Of a stretch of 64,000 bases of DNA, positions 28,049 to 37,741 are shown piece after piece. Below the pieces are notes generated by a model. That model searched no databases. It saw only the letters and a program-made list of their open reading frames with translations, and was not told the DNA's origin. Position numbers and translations under genes: made by a program. This stretch comes from Alphaproteobacteria bacterium (GTDB taxonomy: Bacteria > Pseudomonadota > Alphaproteobacteria > UBA828), in contig CBDCRW010000004.1 in assembly GCA_965221125.1 (NCBI GenBank), forward strand, positions 224,001-288,000. The letters are read 5' to 3'. Numbering within the stretch: the first letter of the stretch is position 1; every line of letters begins with the position of its first letter.

Positions 28049-29119
28049 ATGGCCAGCAACAGCTTCGGCCTGCTCTTCCGCGTCACCACCTGGGGCGAGA
28101 GCCACGGGCCGGCCATAGGCTGCGTCGTCGATGGCGTGCCGCCGCGTATTCCGCTTGCCGAGTCCGACATCCAGCCCGCGCTCGACCGGCGCCGGCCCGG
28201 CACGTCCCGCTTCGTGACCCAGCGGCGCGAATCCGACACCGTGCGCATTCTCTCCGGCGTGTTCGAGGGCCGGACCACCGGCACGCCCATCGCGCTCGTG
28301 ATCGAGAACGAGGACGCGCGCAGCCGCGACTACGGCCCGATCAAGGACACCTATCGCCCCGGCCACGCCGACTTCACCTACGACGCGAAGTACGGCATCC
28401 GCGATTACCGGGGCGGCGGGCGGGCCAGCGCGCGGGAGACCGCGATGCGCGTGGCGGCCGGCGCCATCGCGCAGAAGATCCTGGGCGCGGGCGTGACGAT
28501 CCGGGGCGCCGTCATCCAGGTCGGCGGGATTGCCGTCGAGCGCGCACGCTGGGACTGGGCGGAGACCGCGCGCAATCCCTTCTTCTGCCCCGATGCCGAG
28601 ACGGTGCCGCAATGGGAAGACGCGCTCGATGCGGCGCGCAAGGCCGGCACCTCCTTGGGCGCCATCATCGAGGTGGAAGCCGGCGGCGTGCCGGCGGGGC
28701 TGGGCGCGCCGGTCTACGGCAAGATCGACGCCGACCTCGCCGCCGGCATGGTCGGCATCAACGCGGTCAAGGGCGTCGAGATCGGCGCCGGCTTCGCCGC
28801 CGCAGCCTTGGGCGGGGACGAGAACGGCGACGAGATCCGCATGGAAGGGGGCAAGCCGACGTTCCTCACCAACAACGCGGGCGGCGTACTCGGCGGCATC
28901 ACCACCGGCCAGCCGGTCCTGGTCCGCTTCGTGGTCAAGCCCACCAGCTCCATCCGCACGCCCCGCCGCACGATCACGCGGGACGGAACCGAGACCGAGG
29001 TCTCGACTGAAGGCCGGCACGATCCCTGCGTCGGCATCCGCGCGGTGCCGGTGGGCGAGGCGATGATGGCCTGCGTGTTCGCCGACCACCTGCTGCGCCA
29101 CCGCGCCCAGTGCGGTTGA
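28049..29119 (+). CDS. aroC: Chorismate synthase
   Basis: [25 protein letters not shown] and GRHDPCV signatures. Confidence 0.97.
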   Translation: MASNSFGLLFRVTTWGESHGPAIGCVVDGVPPRIPLAESDIQPALDRRRPGTSRFVTQRRESDTVRILSGVFEGRTTGTPIALVIENEDARSRDYGPIKDTYRPGHADFTYDAKYGIRDYRGGGRASARETAMRVAAGAIAQKILGAGVTIRGAVIQVGGIAVERARWDWAETARNPFFCPDAETVPQWEDALDAARKAGTSLGAIIEVEAGGVPAGLGAPVYGKIDADLAAGMVGINAVKGVEIGAGFAAAALGGDENGDEIRMEGGKPTFLTNNAGGVLGGITTGQPVLVRFVVKPTSSIRTPRRTITRDGTETEVSTEGRHDPCVGIRAVPVGEAMMACVFADHLLRHRAQCG

Positions 29120-29120
29120 G

Positions 29121-29251
29121 AAATTTGTCGCTCACGGCAGCCGGCTTGCAGCCGGCGCCTCCGCGAGGGCGCCGCATTCGCGGCGGGCCGCTGTCGCGGC
29201 CTGTCGCGAGCCCGCCCAAGACGGGCTCGCTCTAAGCTACCGCACGCAAAT
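29121..29251. repeat. Multi-hairpin intergenic (REP/RPE-like) element
   Basis: Consecutive stems GGCGCC/GGCGCC, CGCCGC-ATTC-GCGGCG, GGCCGC-TGTC-GCGGCC and GCGAGCCCG-N7-CGGGCTCGC; ATTTG...CAAAT at the ends. Confidence 0.5.
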
Positions 29252-29271
29252 CATCGCCAGGGGAGAGAGCC

Positions 29272-29862
29272 ATGCCGGCCAAGCGAGCGCCGCGCAAAGC
29301 GGATCGCGTCCACGCGCTGCGCCTTCCGGATCAGCGCAGCAACACGCCCGAGATCCGCGCCGTCTTCGCGCGCTGCCTGGAGAAGATCGGCTTCGTGCCG
29401 AACGTGCTCCGCTCCTACACGCTCCGGCCCCGCAAGTTCGAGCTGTTCCGCACGTACAACAACGAGCTGATGCTGGGCGACTCCGGCCTCTCCCCCCTGG
29501 AGCGGGAGATGATCGCCGTCGTCGTCTCCTGCGTGAACCACTGCCACTACTGCCTGGTGGCCCACGGCGCGCAGGTGCGCGTCCTCGCAGGCGACCCGGT
29601 GCTCGGCGACCAGCTCGTCGCGAACTACCGCGCGGCGCCGCTCTCGAAGCGCCAGCGCGCGATGCTGGATTTCACCTGGAAGCTCAGCGAGAGCCCGGAT
29701 TCCGTGGGCGATCCCGACCGCGCGGCGCTCAGGAAGGCCGGCTTCGGCGACGAGGACATCTTCGACATCGCCGAGGTCGCGGGCTTCTACAACATGACCA
29801 ACCGGCTCGCCGCCGCCATCGACATGCGCCCCAACCGCGAATACTACGGCATGGGGCGCTGA
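29272..29862 (+). CDS. Peroxidase-related AhpD/carboxymuconolactone decarboxylase-family protein
   Basis: GFVPNV, EREMIAVVVSCVNHCHYCLVAHG (CxxC) and YNMTNR motifs. Confidence 0.88.
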   Translation: MPAKRAPRKADRVHALRLPDQRSNTPEIRAVFARCLEKIGFVPNVLRSYTLRPRKFELFRTYNNELMLGDSGLSPLEREMIAVVVSCVNHCHYCLVAHGAQVRVLAGDPVLGDQLVANYRAAPLSKRQRAMLDFTWKLSESPDSVGDPDRAALRKAGFGDEDIFDIAEVAGFYNMTNRLAAAIDMRPNREYYGMGR

Positions 29863-29926
29863 GGGATGCAAAGGGCCAGCCCCGGTGACGGGACAGGCCC
29901 CCTAGCTTCTCGGCATTTGTTTCCAA

Positions 29927-30829
29927 TTAGGGGTGTGCGACGGCGGCCTCTTCACGCTGCCGGCGGTGGGCGGCGCGCATCGCCTTCTGCAGCTTCTTGA
30001 AGGCGCGCTCCTCGATCTGGCGGATGCGCTCGCGCGAGACGCCGTAGACCTTGCTCAGCTCCTCCAGGGTGGACGGCTCCTCCTTCAGGCGCCGCTCGGC
30101 CAGGATGTGCTGCTCGCGCTCGGTGAGCACCTCGAGCGATTCGGTGAAGAGCTGCCTGCGGTGGTCGAGCTCGTTGGCCTCGAGGATGTCCGTCTCGTGG
30201 CTCTCTCCGGGGTCTTCCAGCCAGTCCTGCCACTCGCCGCCGCCTTCCTCGCGGACGGGCGCGTTGAGCGACTGGTCGGGGCCGAGCATCCGCCGGTTCA
30301 TGGAGACCACGTCGGCGGCAGGCACATTGAGCGCGGTCGCGATGTGCTCCACCTGCTCCGGCGTCAGATCGCCGTCGTCGATGGCTTCGATCTCGCCTTT
30401 CAGCTTGCGCAGGTTGAAGAAGAGCTTCTTCTGCGCCGCCGTGGTGCCCATCTTCACCAGCGACCAGGAGTGCAGGATGTATTCCTGGATCGAGGCGCGG
30501 ATCCACCACATGGCGTAGGTCGCAAGGCGGAAGCCGCGATCCGGATCGAAGCGCTTGACCGCCTGCATGAGCCCGACGTTGCCCTCGGAGATCAGCTCGC
30601 CCACCGGCAGCCCGTAGCCGCGATAGCCCATCGCGATCTTGGCCACCAGGCGCAGGTGGCTGGTCACGAGCTGGTGCGCCGCCTCGGCATCGTCGTGCTC
30701 GCGCCAGCGCTTGGCCAGCATGAACTCCTCTTCGGGCGAGAGGAGCGGAAACTGCCGAATCTCGCGGAGATAGCGGGAGACGCCGCTCCCCTCCATGGTC
30801 GCCGGCATCGGGACGGTGCGCGATGTCAT
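29927..30829 (-). CDS. rpoH: RNA polymerase sigma factor RpoH (sigma-32)
   Basis: LVTSHLRLVAKIA, RpoH box QKKLFFNLR, region 4 GVSRERIRQIE; lies downstream of rluD. Start is uncertain. Confidence 0.95.
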   Translation of the reverse strand: MTSRTVPMPATMEGSGVSRYLREIRQFPLLSPEEEFMLAKRWREHDDAEAAHQLVTSHLRLVAKIAMGYRGYGLPVGELISEGNVGLMQAVKRFDPDRGFRLATYAMWWIRASIQEYILHSWSLVKMGTTAAQKKLFFNLRKLKGEIEAIDDGDLTPEQVEHIATALNVPAADVVSMNRRMLGPDQSLNAPVREEGGGEWQDWLEDPGESHETDILEANELDHRRQLFTESLEVLTEREQHILAERRLKEEPSTLEELSKVYGVSRERIRQIEERAFKKLQKAMRAAHRRQREEAAVAHP

Positions 30830-30918
30830 CGTTCCATCCCCCTTTCCACAGGAGCCCCTCCGATCCTCCGCAGGTGCCGCCCCAGGCTCTTCGGCCGGTC
30901 CTGCGCATGCACAATAGG

Positions 30919-30947
30919 AATTGGCGCCCAAAAGCGGCGTTTTCAAG
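30919..30947 (-). promoter_or_regulatory. Possible sigma-32-type promoter upstream of rpoH
   Basis: CTTGAAA-N14-CGCCAATT resembles CTTGAAA-N13-15-CCCCATNT; the -10 element is imperfect. Confidence 0.35.
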
Positions 30948-31005
30948 GCAAAATCATGCCCGTCACGTAAGTGTTATAGGCGCGTTATACAATACTTATA
31001 GCAGT

Positions 31006-31989
31006 TTAGTGCTCATCTATGTCATCGCCGGACAGTGCCGCGATCAGCGCCTTCATGTCCGCCGGAAGCGGGCTCTCGAACGCGAGCTCTGCGCCGCTCA
31101 CCGGGTGAACGAACGCGAGCGCGACCGCATGCAGCGCCTGGCGCGGGCAGAGCGCAAGCGCGGCACGCAGGCTCTCGTCGAGGCTCCGCCGGCGCGCGCC
31201 GCCGTAGAGTGTATCGCAGAGCAGCGGGTGGCCTGCGTGCGCCATGTGGACCCTGATCTGGTGGGTGCGCCCGGTCTCCAGCCGGCACTCGACGAGGCTC
31301 CAGCGCGCGTCTGCCGATTGCAGCACGCGATAGCGCGTGACGGCCGGCTTGCCGCCGCTCCTCCGCACGGCCATGCGCTTGCGGTTGCGGGGGTCGCGTC
31401 CGATGGCGCCTTCGATCCGCCCTTGGCCGGGCCTGGGCACGCCCCAGACGACGGCGCTGTAGGTCCGGCCGAGCCGCCGCGTCGCGAACTGGGCGGAAAG
31501 CCCGTGGTGCGCGGCGTCGTGTTTGGCCGCGACCATGAGGCCGCTCGTGTCCTTGTCGAGGCGGTGGACGATGCCGGGCCGCCGCACGCCGCCGATGCCC
31601 GAGAGGCTGGCGCCACAGTGGGCGAGCAGCGCATTCACCAGCGTGCGGTCGGGGTTGCCCGGCGCCGGGTGGACCACCAGGCCCGCCGGCTTGTCCACCA
31701 CGATCAGGTCATCGTCCTCGTAGGCCACCTGGAGCGGAATGGCTTGGGCGCGCGGCGTCACGTCCACCGGCGGCGGAATGACGAGGGTCACGGCTTGCCC
31801 CGGTTTGACCCGATATCCCGGCTCCGTTATCGTCTCGCCCGCGATCGAGACCCGGCCGGTCTCGATCAAGTTTTTGAGCCGCGAGCGTGACAGCGCCGGC
31901 ACGTGGTCTGCCAGGATCCGGTCCAGCCGCGCGCGAGCCTCCGCCCGAGCGACGGTGAACCGGCGGCGCGTATCAGTGGCGGTGCTCAT
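31006..31989 (-). CDS. rluD: 23S rRNA pseudouridine synthase (RluD-like, S4 domain)
   Basis: S4 RLDRILA...SRSRL, DKPAGLVVHP, HRLDKDTSG and TGRTHQIRVH motifs. Confidence 0.92.
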   Translation of the reverse strand: MSTATDTRRRFTVARAEARARLDRILADHVPALSRSRLKNLIETGRVSIAGETITEPGYRVKPGQAVTLVIPPPVDVTPRAQAIPLQVAYEDDDLIVVDKPAGLVVHPAPGNPDRTLVNALLAHCGASLSGIGGVRRPGIVHRLDKDTSGLMVAAKHDAAHHGLSAQFATRRLGRTYSAVVWGVPRPGQGRIEGAIGRDPRNRKRMAVRRSGGKPAVTRYRVLQSADARWSLVECRLETGRTHQIRVHMAHAGHPLLCDTLYGGARRRSLDESLRAALALCPRQALHAVALAFVHPVSGAELAFESPLPADMKALIAALSGDDIDEH

Positions 31990-32003
31990 ATCCGGTACGG
32001 GCC

Positions 32004-32357
32004 ATGATCACCTATCTCAAGATCATCGTCATCGTTCTCGGCGTGATGATTGCGGCGGGCCTCGTCGTGATCGGCCTCAAGCTGGTCGAGAAGGGCAACG
32101 AGCTGGCCGAGCTCACCGGGGACGAGGACGCGGCGGCGACGGAGGAGGCGGACTGGAACGCCGTGCCCGAGGCGGCGGCGCTTCCCGCGCCTGGCGACCT
32201 CGGGCTGCCGGCGGGCTCGCAGGTGCGCCGCATGACCGCGGCGGGCCACCGACTCATCCTCGTCGTCGCGGTGCCCGACGCCGGCGAGCGCATCGTGATC
32301 GTCGATCTCCGCAGCGGCGGCACGGTCGCCAACATCGGCCTCGAGGGGACGCCGTGA
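32004..32357 (+). CDS. Hypothetical membrane-anchored protein
   Basis: N-terminal TM helix and C-terminal beta-rich domain; GTGA-coupled to the next gene. Confidence 0.75.
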   Translation: MITYLKIIVIVLGVMIAAGLVVIGLKLVEKGNELAELTGDEDAAATEEADWNAVPEAAALPAPGDLGLPAGSQVRRMTAAGHRLILVVAVPDAGERIVIVDLRSGGTVANIGLEGTP

Positions 32358-32812
32358 GCGCCGCGGCGGTGCGCCTCACGCCCGAGCAGCTGCGGGTCAT
32401 CGAGCGGGCGGCGGAAGAAGCCTACCCGGAGGAAGCCTGCGGCCTTCTCGTCGGCCGCTCTGCGCCGGGCGAGGCGTACCGCGTGAGCACGGTGGAAGCG
32501 AGCGCCAACGTCGCCGAGCCGCCGCGCACCCGGCGCTTCGAGGTCGACCCCAAGCTCCGCCTGCGCCTGGAGCGCGCGTTGAGGGAAAGCCCGGATTCCG
32601 TCATCGGCGTCTACCACTCCCACCCCGACGGCAGCGCCGCGCCCTCCGAGACGGATATTTCCATGATCTTCGAGCCCGACATGGTCTGGCTCATCACCGC
32701 CGTCACGGACGGCAGGGCGGGCGCGACCACGGGCTGGCGGCCGGCGGAAGACCGCTCGGCTTTCCTGCCGCTCGAGCTCGATCTTGCTCGCGAAACGACC
32801 GAACGCGGATAG
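32354..32812 (+). CDS. JAB/MPN+ (M67/Mov34) metallopeptidase
   Basis: YPEEACGLL and YHSHPDGSAAPSETD JAMM motif; GTG start overlaps the previous stop. Confidence 0.9.
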   Translation: MSAAAVRLTPEQLRVIERAAEEAYPEEACGLLVGRSAPGEAYRVSTVEASANVAEPPRTRRFEVDPKLRLRLERALRESPDSVIGVYHSHPDGSAAPSETDISMIFEPDMVWLITAVTDGRAGATTGWRPAEDRSAFLPLELDLARETTERG

Positions 32813-32827
32813 AGAGGACGGACAGGA

Positions 32828-33877
32828 ATGGATTTTCGCAGCGATAACGTCGCCTCCGCCGCGCCGGAGATCGTGGACGCCGTGGCGGAAGCGGCGCGCG
32901 GCAGCGCCACGCCTTACGGCGGCGATCCCTGGACTCAAGGGCTGGATGCAGCGTTCTCGGCGCTCTTCGAGACCGAGGTGAGCGTCTTCCCGGTGCTGAC
33001 CGGGACCGCGGCGAACTCCGTGGCCGTCGCCACCTTCACACCGCCCTGGGGGGTGATCTACGCGGGCCGCGCCGCCCACGTGGAGAACGACGAGTGCGGC
33101 GCGCCGGAGTTCATGACCGGCGGCGCCAAGGTCGCGGGAATCGACGAGCGCTTCGGCAAGATCGTGCCCGACGCGCTGGAGGCGGCGCTCGCCGCCGCCG
33201 GCACGGGCGAGGTGCACTGGTCGCAGCCCGCCTGCCTCAGCGTCACGCAATCCACCGAGATGGGCCAGATCTACACGCCGGACGAGCTTGGCGTGCTCAC
33301 CGGGCTCGCGCGCGGCCACGGGCTCGCGGTCCACATGGACGGCGCGCGCTTCGCCAACGCCGTTGCAGGCAGCGGCCTGAGCCCGGCGGACCTCACCTGG
33401 CGGGCGGGAGTCGACGCGCTCTCCTTCGGCGCGACCAAGAACGGCGCGCTCGCGGCCGAGGCCATCGTCCTGTTCGCTCGCGAGCGCGCGGGCGACCTCG
33501 CCTTCCGCCACAAGCGGGCGGGGCAGCTTCTCTCCAAGATGCGCTTCGTCTCGGCCCAGCTCGCGGCCTACATCGCGGACGGCCTCTGGCTCCGGCTGGC
33601 CGCGCACGCCAACCGCCAGGCACAGCGTCTTGCCGCCGGGCTGGAAGCGGTGCCCGGCGCGTCGCTCGCGGCGCCGGCGGAGGCCAACGAGCTCTTCGTC
33701 ACCCTGCCGCGCCCGGTGATCGACGGGCTCGCCGAGGCCGGAGTCCTCTTCTACTCCTGGCCCGAGACCGATCCCGAAACCACCACGATCCGCCTCGTCA
33801 CCCGCCACGACACCGCGGATGACGACGTGGATGCGCTGATCGCGACCGCGCACCGGCTCGCCAGCGAGGCGGCGTAG
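32828..33877 (+). CDS. ltaE: Low-specificity L-threonine aldolase
   Basis: MDFRSDN, GTAANS, HMDGARFANA, SFGATKNG (PLP lysine) and LSKMRF motifs. Confidence 0.9.
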   Translation: MDFRSDNVASAAPEIVDAVAEAARGSATPYGGDPWTQGLDAAFSALFETEVSVFPVLTGTAANSVAVATFTPPWGVIYAGRAAHVENDECGAPEFMTGGAKVAGIDERFGKIVPDALEAALAAAGTGEVHWSQPACLSVTQSTEMGQIYTPDELGVLTGLARGHGLAVHMDGARFANAVAGSGLSPADLTWRAGVDALSFGATKNGALAAEAIVLFARERAGDLAFRHKRAGQLLSKMRFVSAQLAAYIADGLWLRLAAHANRQAQRLAAGLEAVPGASLAAPAEANELFVTLPRPVIDGLAEAGVLFYSWPETDPETTTIRLVTRHDTADDDVDALIATAHRLASEAA

Positions 33878-33962
33878 CCCGCGCCGAGACCGTGACCGTG
33901 GCAAGAGATGCGGGCTAGAGTGAGCGGACAACGCATCGCGGCCAGACAGAGGAGGAGGCACC

Positions 33963-34355
33963 ATGCTGAAGCGGCACAATCCGGCCACCGTCGTCGAGGC
34001 CTTCGGCGGCGGCTACAGCCAGGCGCTGGAGATTCAGCCGGGCGCCCGGCTGCTGTTCACCGCAGGCCAGGTGGGCGTGGCGCCCGACGGCACGACGGCA
34101 GACGGCTTCGCCGCCCAGGCCGATCAGACCTGGGCCAATATCCTGGCGCTGCTCGACGAGGGCGGCATGGGCGTGGACGACATCGTCAAGATCACCGGCT
34201 ACATCGTCGGCCACGAGAACTTCCCGGCCTACGCGGCGGCGCGGAAGAAGGCGCTCGGCGGCGTGCGCCCGGCATCGACCGCGATCATCGTGCCGGCGCT
34301 GGCGCTGCCCGAGTGGGTCGTCGAGATCGAGGCGGTGGCCGCGAAGGTCGACTGA
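33963..34355 (+). CDS. RidA/YjgF-family protein
   Basis: YSQA, FTAGQVG, RPAST and EIEAVA motifs. Confidence 0.9.
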   Translation: MLKRHNPATVVEAFGGGYSQALEIQPGARLLFTAGQVGVAPDGTTADGFAAQADQTWANILALLDEGGMGVDDIVKITGYIVGHENFPAYAAARKKALGGVRPASTAIIVPALALPEWVVEIEAVAAKVD

Positions 34356-34401
34356 GCGGGCCTATCGCCCGCGCGGCGGAGGCTGCCGGAGGAGAGGGAT
34401 C

Positions 34402-34776
34402 ATGGTAACGCCATCCATGCAACTGATCGGCGAGGCGCTGGCGGAGGTCGCCAGCGTCTCGGTGGACGACGCGCTGGCCCTTGCGGGCGGCGAGGACGCG
34501 CTCTTCGTCGACGTGCGCGAGCGGGCCGAGCAGAGCGCCGGCGCGATTACGGGCGCCGTCGCCGCGCCGCGCGGCTTCCTGGAGTTCGTCGCCGACCCCG
34601 CCTCGCCGATGCACAACCCGGCGCTCTCGTCCGGCAAGCGGCTGATCGTCTACTGCGCCTCGGGCGGGCGCTCCGCGCTCGCCGCCAAGACCCTGCAGGA
34701 CATGGGATACGCCGAGGTTGCCAACCTGACCGGCGGCTTCCAGGCCTGGAGCGAGGCCGGCGGCCCGACCGAATAA
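34402..34776 (+). CDS. Single-domain rhodanese
   Basis: FVDVRE, active-site YCASGGRS, LTGGFQAW. Confidence 0.88.
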   Translation: MVTPSMQLIGEALAEVASVSVDDALALAGGEDALFVDVRERAEQSAGAITGAVAAPRGFLEFVADPASPMHNPALSSGKRLIVYCASGGRSALAAKTLQDMGYAEVANLTGGFQAWSEAGGPTE

Positions 34777-34791
34777 CGGCGGCACGACCGC

Positions 34792-36036
34792 ATGACCGAA
34801 GGCGCGGCGGCGGCGCCCATCGATACCGCCTTCGCCCGCGCGCACTTCCCTGCGCTTTCCGGCCCCTGGGCGCTGTTCGAGAACGCGGGCGGCACCCTGG
34901 TCGCCGCGCATGCGTTGGACCGCATCCGCACCTACATGAGCGAGTGTCAGGTGCAGCCGGGCGCGGCGTATCCCGCCTCCGCCCGCGCCGCCGCGATGAT
35001 CGCGGAAAGCCACCAGGCGATGGCGGCGATGATGAACGCCAAGCCCGAGGAGGTGATGATCGGGCCGTCCACGTCCATGAACGTGTTCCTGCTCGCCCAG
35101 GCGCTCCGGCCCGGCCTGGCCGAGGGGGACGAGGTCGTCGTCACCAACCTCGACCACGAGGCGAACGTCGGCGCCTGGCGCAAGCTCGCGGCGGCAGGGG
35201 TCACGGTGCGCGAGTGGCGCTTCGATCCGGGCAGCGTGGCGCTGGAGCCAGAGGGGCTCGCCACGCTGCTGAACGAGCGCACACGCCTCGTCTGCTTCGG
35301 CCATTGCTCCAACATTACCGGCGGCTTCACCGACGTGGCGGCGCTGGTGCGCATGATCCATGACGCGGGCGCGCTCGCCTGCGTGGACGGCGTTGCCTAC
35401 GGCGCCCACCGCGCCATCGACGTGAAGGCATGGGACGTCGATTACTATCTCTGCTCCACCTACAAGCTCTACGGGCCGCATCTCGCGCTCCTCTACGGCA
35501 AGCGCGCGCACTTCGAGCAGGCGGCGCCGCTCAACCACTTCTTCCTCGACGACGCGCTGCCGCTGAAGCTCAACCCCGGCGGCCCCAACCACGAGCTGAG
35601 CGCCGGCCTCGCCGGGATCACCGCCTATCTCGACGCGCTCCACGCCCACCACGAGGGGGAGACCAACCTGCCGCTGCACGGCCGGCTGGCGGCGATCTTC
35701 GAGCGCATCGCGGCGCACGAGGAGGCGCTGGGCGCGCCGCTGCTGGAGTTCCTCACGGCGAAGCCCGGCGTCCGCCTCATCGGCAACCCGAGCGCCGACC
35801 GGAGCGTGCGGGCGCCCACGTTCTCCTTCGCGGTGGACGGCCGCGATGCCGGCGAGATCGCCCGCGCCGCGAGTGCCCACGAGATCGCCATCGGCGCCGG
35901 AGACTTTTATGCCGCGCGCTGCATCGAGGCCCTGGGCCTCGCGGAGAGGGGCGGCGTCGTTCGCGCGAGCATGGTCCACTACAACACGGCAGACGAGGTC
36001 GAACGCCTGATCCGCGCTCTCGACGAGGCGATTTAG
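34792..36036 (+). CDS. Class V PLP-dependent enzyme, cysteine desulfurase-like
   Basis: FENAGG, DHEANV, DGVAYGAH, STYKLYGPH and RASMVHYN motifs; lacks the SufS RxGHHCA catalytic cysteine (has GAGDFYA). Confidence 0.85.
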   Translation: MTEGAAAAPIDTAFARAHFPALSGPWALFENAGGTLVAAHALDRIRTYMSECQVQPGAAYPASARAAAMIAESHQAMAAMMNAKPEEVMIGPSTSMNVFLLAQALRPGLAEGDEVVVTNLDHEANVGAWRKLAAAGVTVREWRFDPGSVALEPEGLATLLNERTRLVCFGHCSNITGGFTDVAALVRMIHDAGALACVDGVAYGAHRAIDVKAWDVDYYLCSTYKLYGPHLALLYGKRAHFEQAAPLNHFFLDDALPLKLNPGGPNHELSAGLAGITAYLDALHAHHEGETNLPLHGRLAAIFERIAAHEEALGAPLLEFLTAKPGVRLIGNPSADRSVRAPTFSFAVDGRDAGEIARAASAHEIAIGAGDFYAARCIEALGLAERGGVVRASMVHYNTADEVERLIRALDEAI

Positions 36037-36151
36037 GGCGTCTCCGTTGTCAGCGGCGGCCGCGGTGCTCCTTGTGCGCCGCGCCGCAATGCCGCACCCT
36101 GTGGACCATCGAATACTCCTGTTCAGTTCCGACAGCGAGGGGGACGCGGAC

Positions 36152-37006
36152 ATGGGGATCGTGACGGACGTCGTGCTGCCGATTGCGCTGGCGTTCATCA
36201 TGCTGTCGCTGGGGCTCGGCCTCACCGTCGGCGATTTCGTGCGGGTCGCGAAACAGCCCCGCGACTTTCTCGTGGGCGCCGTCTCGCAAGTGGTGCTACT
36301 GCCGGCGGTGGCTCTCGGCCTCGTCAGCATCTGGCCGCTCGCGCCGGAACTCGCGCTCGGCGTCATGATCATCGCCGCAGCGCCCGGCGGGGTGACCTCC
36401 AACCTGCTCACCGCCTTCGGGCGCGGCGACGTGGCGCTCTCCATCTCGCTCACCGCCGTCATGAGCCTGCTGAGCGTCGTCACGGTCCCGTTCATCGTCA
36501 TCTTCGCGTACGCGCACCTCGTGGGTGGCGATCTGGGCGATGTCTCCGTCGTCGAGACCGCGCTCGGCATCTTCCTGATCGTCACCCTGCCGGTGCTGAT
36601 CGGCATGGCGGTCCGGCGCTGGGCCGCGGGCTTCGCCACCAGGGTCCACGCCAACGCGCATCGGATCTCCGCGCTGCTCTTCGTGCTGGTGCTGGCCGCC
36701 GCGATCTACCAGGAGCACGAGAACGCGCTTGAGTACATGGGCCAGGCGGGGCCCGTGACGGCGGTGCTCAACGTCCTGATGATGGCGCTCGCGTACGTTC
36801 TCGCGCGCTTCCTCGCGAGCGGCCCGCGCCAGCGCATCGCCATCTCCCTCGAATGCGGGGTGCAGAACGGCACGCTCGCCATCGCCGTCGCGACGCTGCT
36901 GTTCGGCGGCGGCCTCGCCGTCGTGCCTGCGGCCACCTACAGCCTGATCATGTTCGGCTCGGCGCTCATCTTCATCGCCCTCTTGAGGCGACAGGCTATC
37001 GACTAG
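36152..37006 (+). CDS. Bile acid:sodium symporter (BASS) family transporter
   Basis: IMLSLGLGL, AAPGGVTSN and ECGVQNGTLA motifs; start at ATG after GAGGGGG. Confidence 0.9.
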   Translation: MGIVTDVVLPIALAFIMLSLGLGLTVGDFVRVAKQPRDFLVGAVSQVVLLPAVALGLVSIWPLAPELALGVMIIAAAPGGVTSNLLTAFGRGDVALSISLTAVMSLLSVVTVPFIVIFAYAHLVGGDLGDVSVVETALGIFLIVTLPVLIGMAVRRWAAGFATRVHANAHRISALLFVLVLAAAIYQEHENALEYMGQAGPVTAVLNVLMMALAYVLARFLASGPRQRIAISLECGVQNGTLAIAVATLLFGGGLAVVPAATYSLIMFGSALIFIALLRRQAID

Positions 37007-37635
37007 AGCCTGCGCGCCTGGGCGATGGGGAGGTCGGAGATGCGGGCGTACTCGCCGGTGCTGAGGAGCGCCGGGTCGTTCAGATAGTCCAGCACCAGAT
37101 CGGTCGAATCGAGACCCCAGAAGAGCTCGTCGCCGATGGCGAAGGTGGGCACGCCGAAGACGCCGCGCTCCGCCGCTTCCTCCGTGCTCTTCCTCAGCCT
37201 GTCCTTGACCTCGGGCCGGGCGATGGCCGCGTCGGCGCCGGCGATGCCGAGGCGCTCCGTCAGCGCCTGCCACGCATCGTCGCGGGAGGGGTCGCGCCCC
37301 TCGGCCCATATGGCGTCGAAGACCGCGCGGACGAGCGCGGGGTCGCCATCGTGCGCGACGGCGAGGCGCAGCGGGCGCAGCGGGTTGAACGGATGCGCCG
37401 GCGGCATGCGGAAGGGGATGCCGTGGCGTGCCGCGTACCAGTGGCACCAGCGGTAGGTATGCACGCGCTTGGCCGGAATTTCTGCGGGCCCCTTGTGCCC
37501 CCAGTGACCGAGCAGGCCGGCGAAGAGGACCGGGCGGCAGGCGACGTCTACGTCCTGCGGCAGCCGGTCGAACTGGGTCAGTTGCAGATAGGAGAAGGGA
37601 GAGAGAAAATCGAAGTACCAGTCGGCGGCCCGCAT
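37003..37635 (-). CDS. 2-hydroxychromene-2-carboxylate isomerase/GST-kappa (DsbA-like) family
   Basis: WYFDFLSPFSY, HPFNPL and GVFGVPTF...FWG motifs. Confidence 0.88.
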   Translation of the reverse strand: MRAADWYFDFLSPFSYLQLTQFDRLPQDVDVACRPVLFAGLLGHWGHKGPAEIPAKRVHTYRWCHWYAARHGIPFRMPPAHPFNPLRPLRLAVAHDGDPALVRAVFDAIWAEGRDPSRDDAWQALTERLGIAGADAAIARPEVKDRLRKSTEEAAERGVFGVPTFAIGDELFWGLDSTDLVLDYLNDPALLSTGEYARISDLPIAQARRL

Positions 37636-37741
37636 CGGCCCGTCCTCCACGTTCCAGCATCCGGGTCGCCGGCCGATTGTGCCCGGTTCGGCCCGGCCGC
37701 GCGAGGGCAGGCGATGAGCGGGGCCAAGCAGCGGAGGGACG

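Noticed and set aside
32354-32812. JAB protein as part of a CBASS or ubiquitin-like defence system
   Set aside because: No cyclase, E1/E2 or ubiquitin-like gene is nearby; it sits in a housekeeping rluD-rpoH context.
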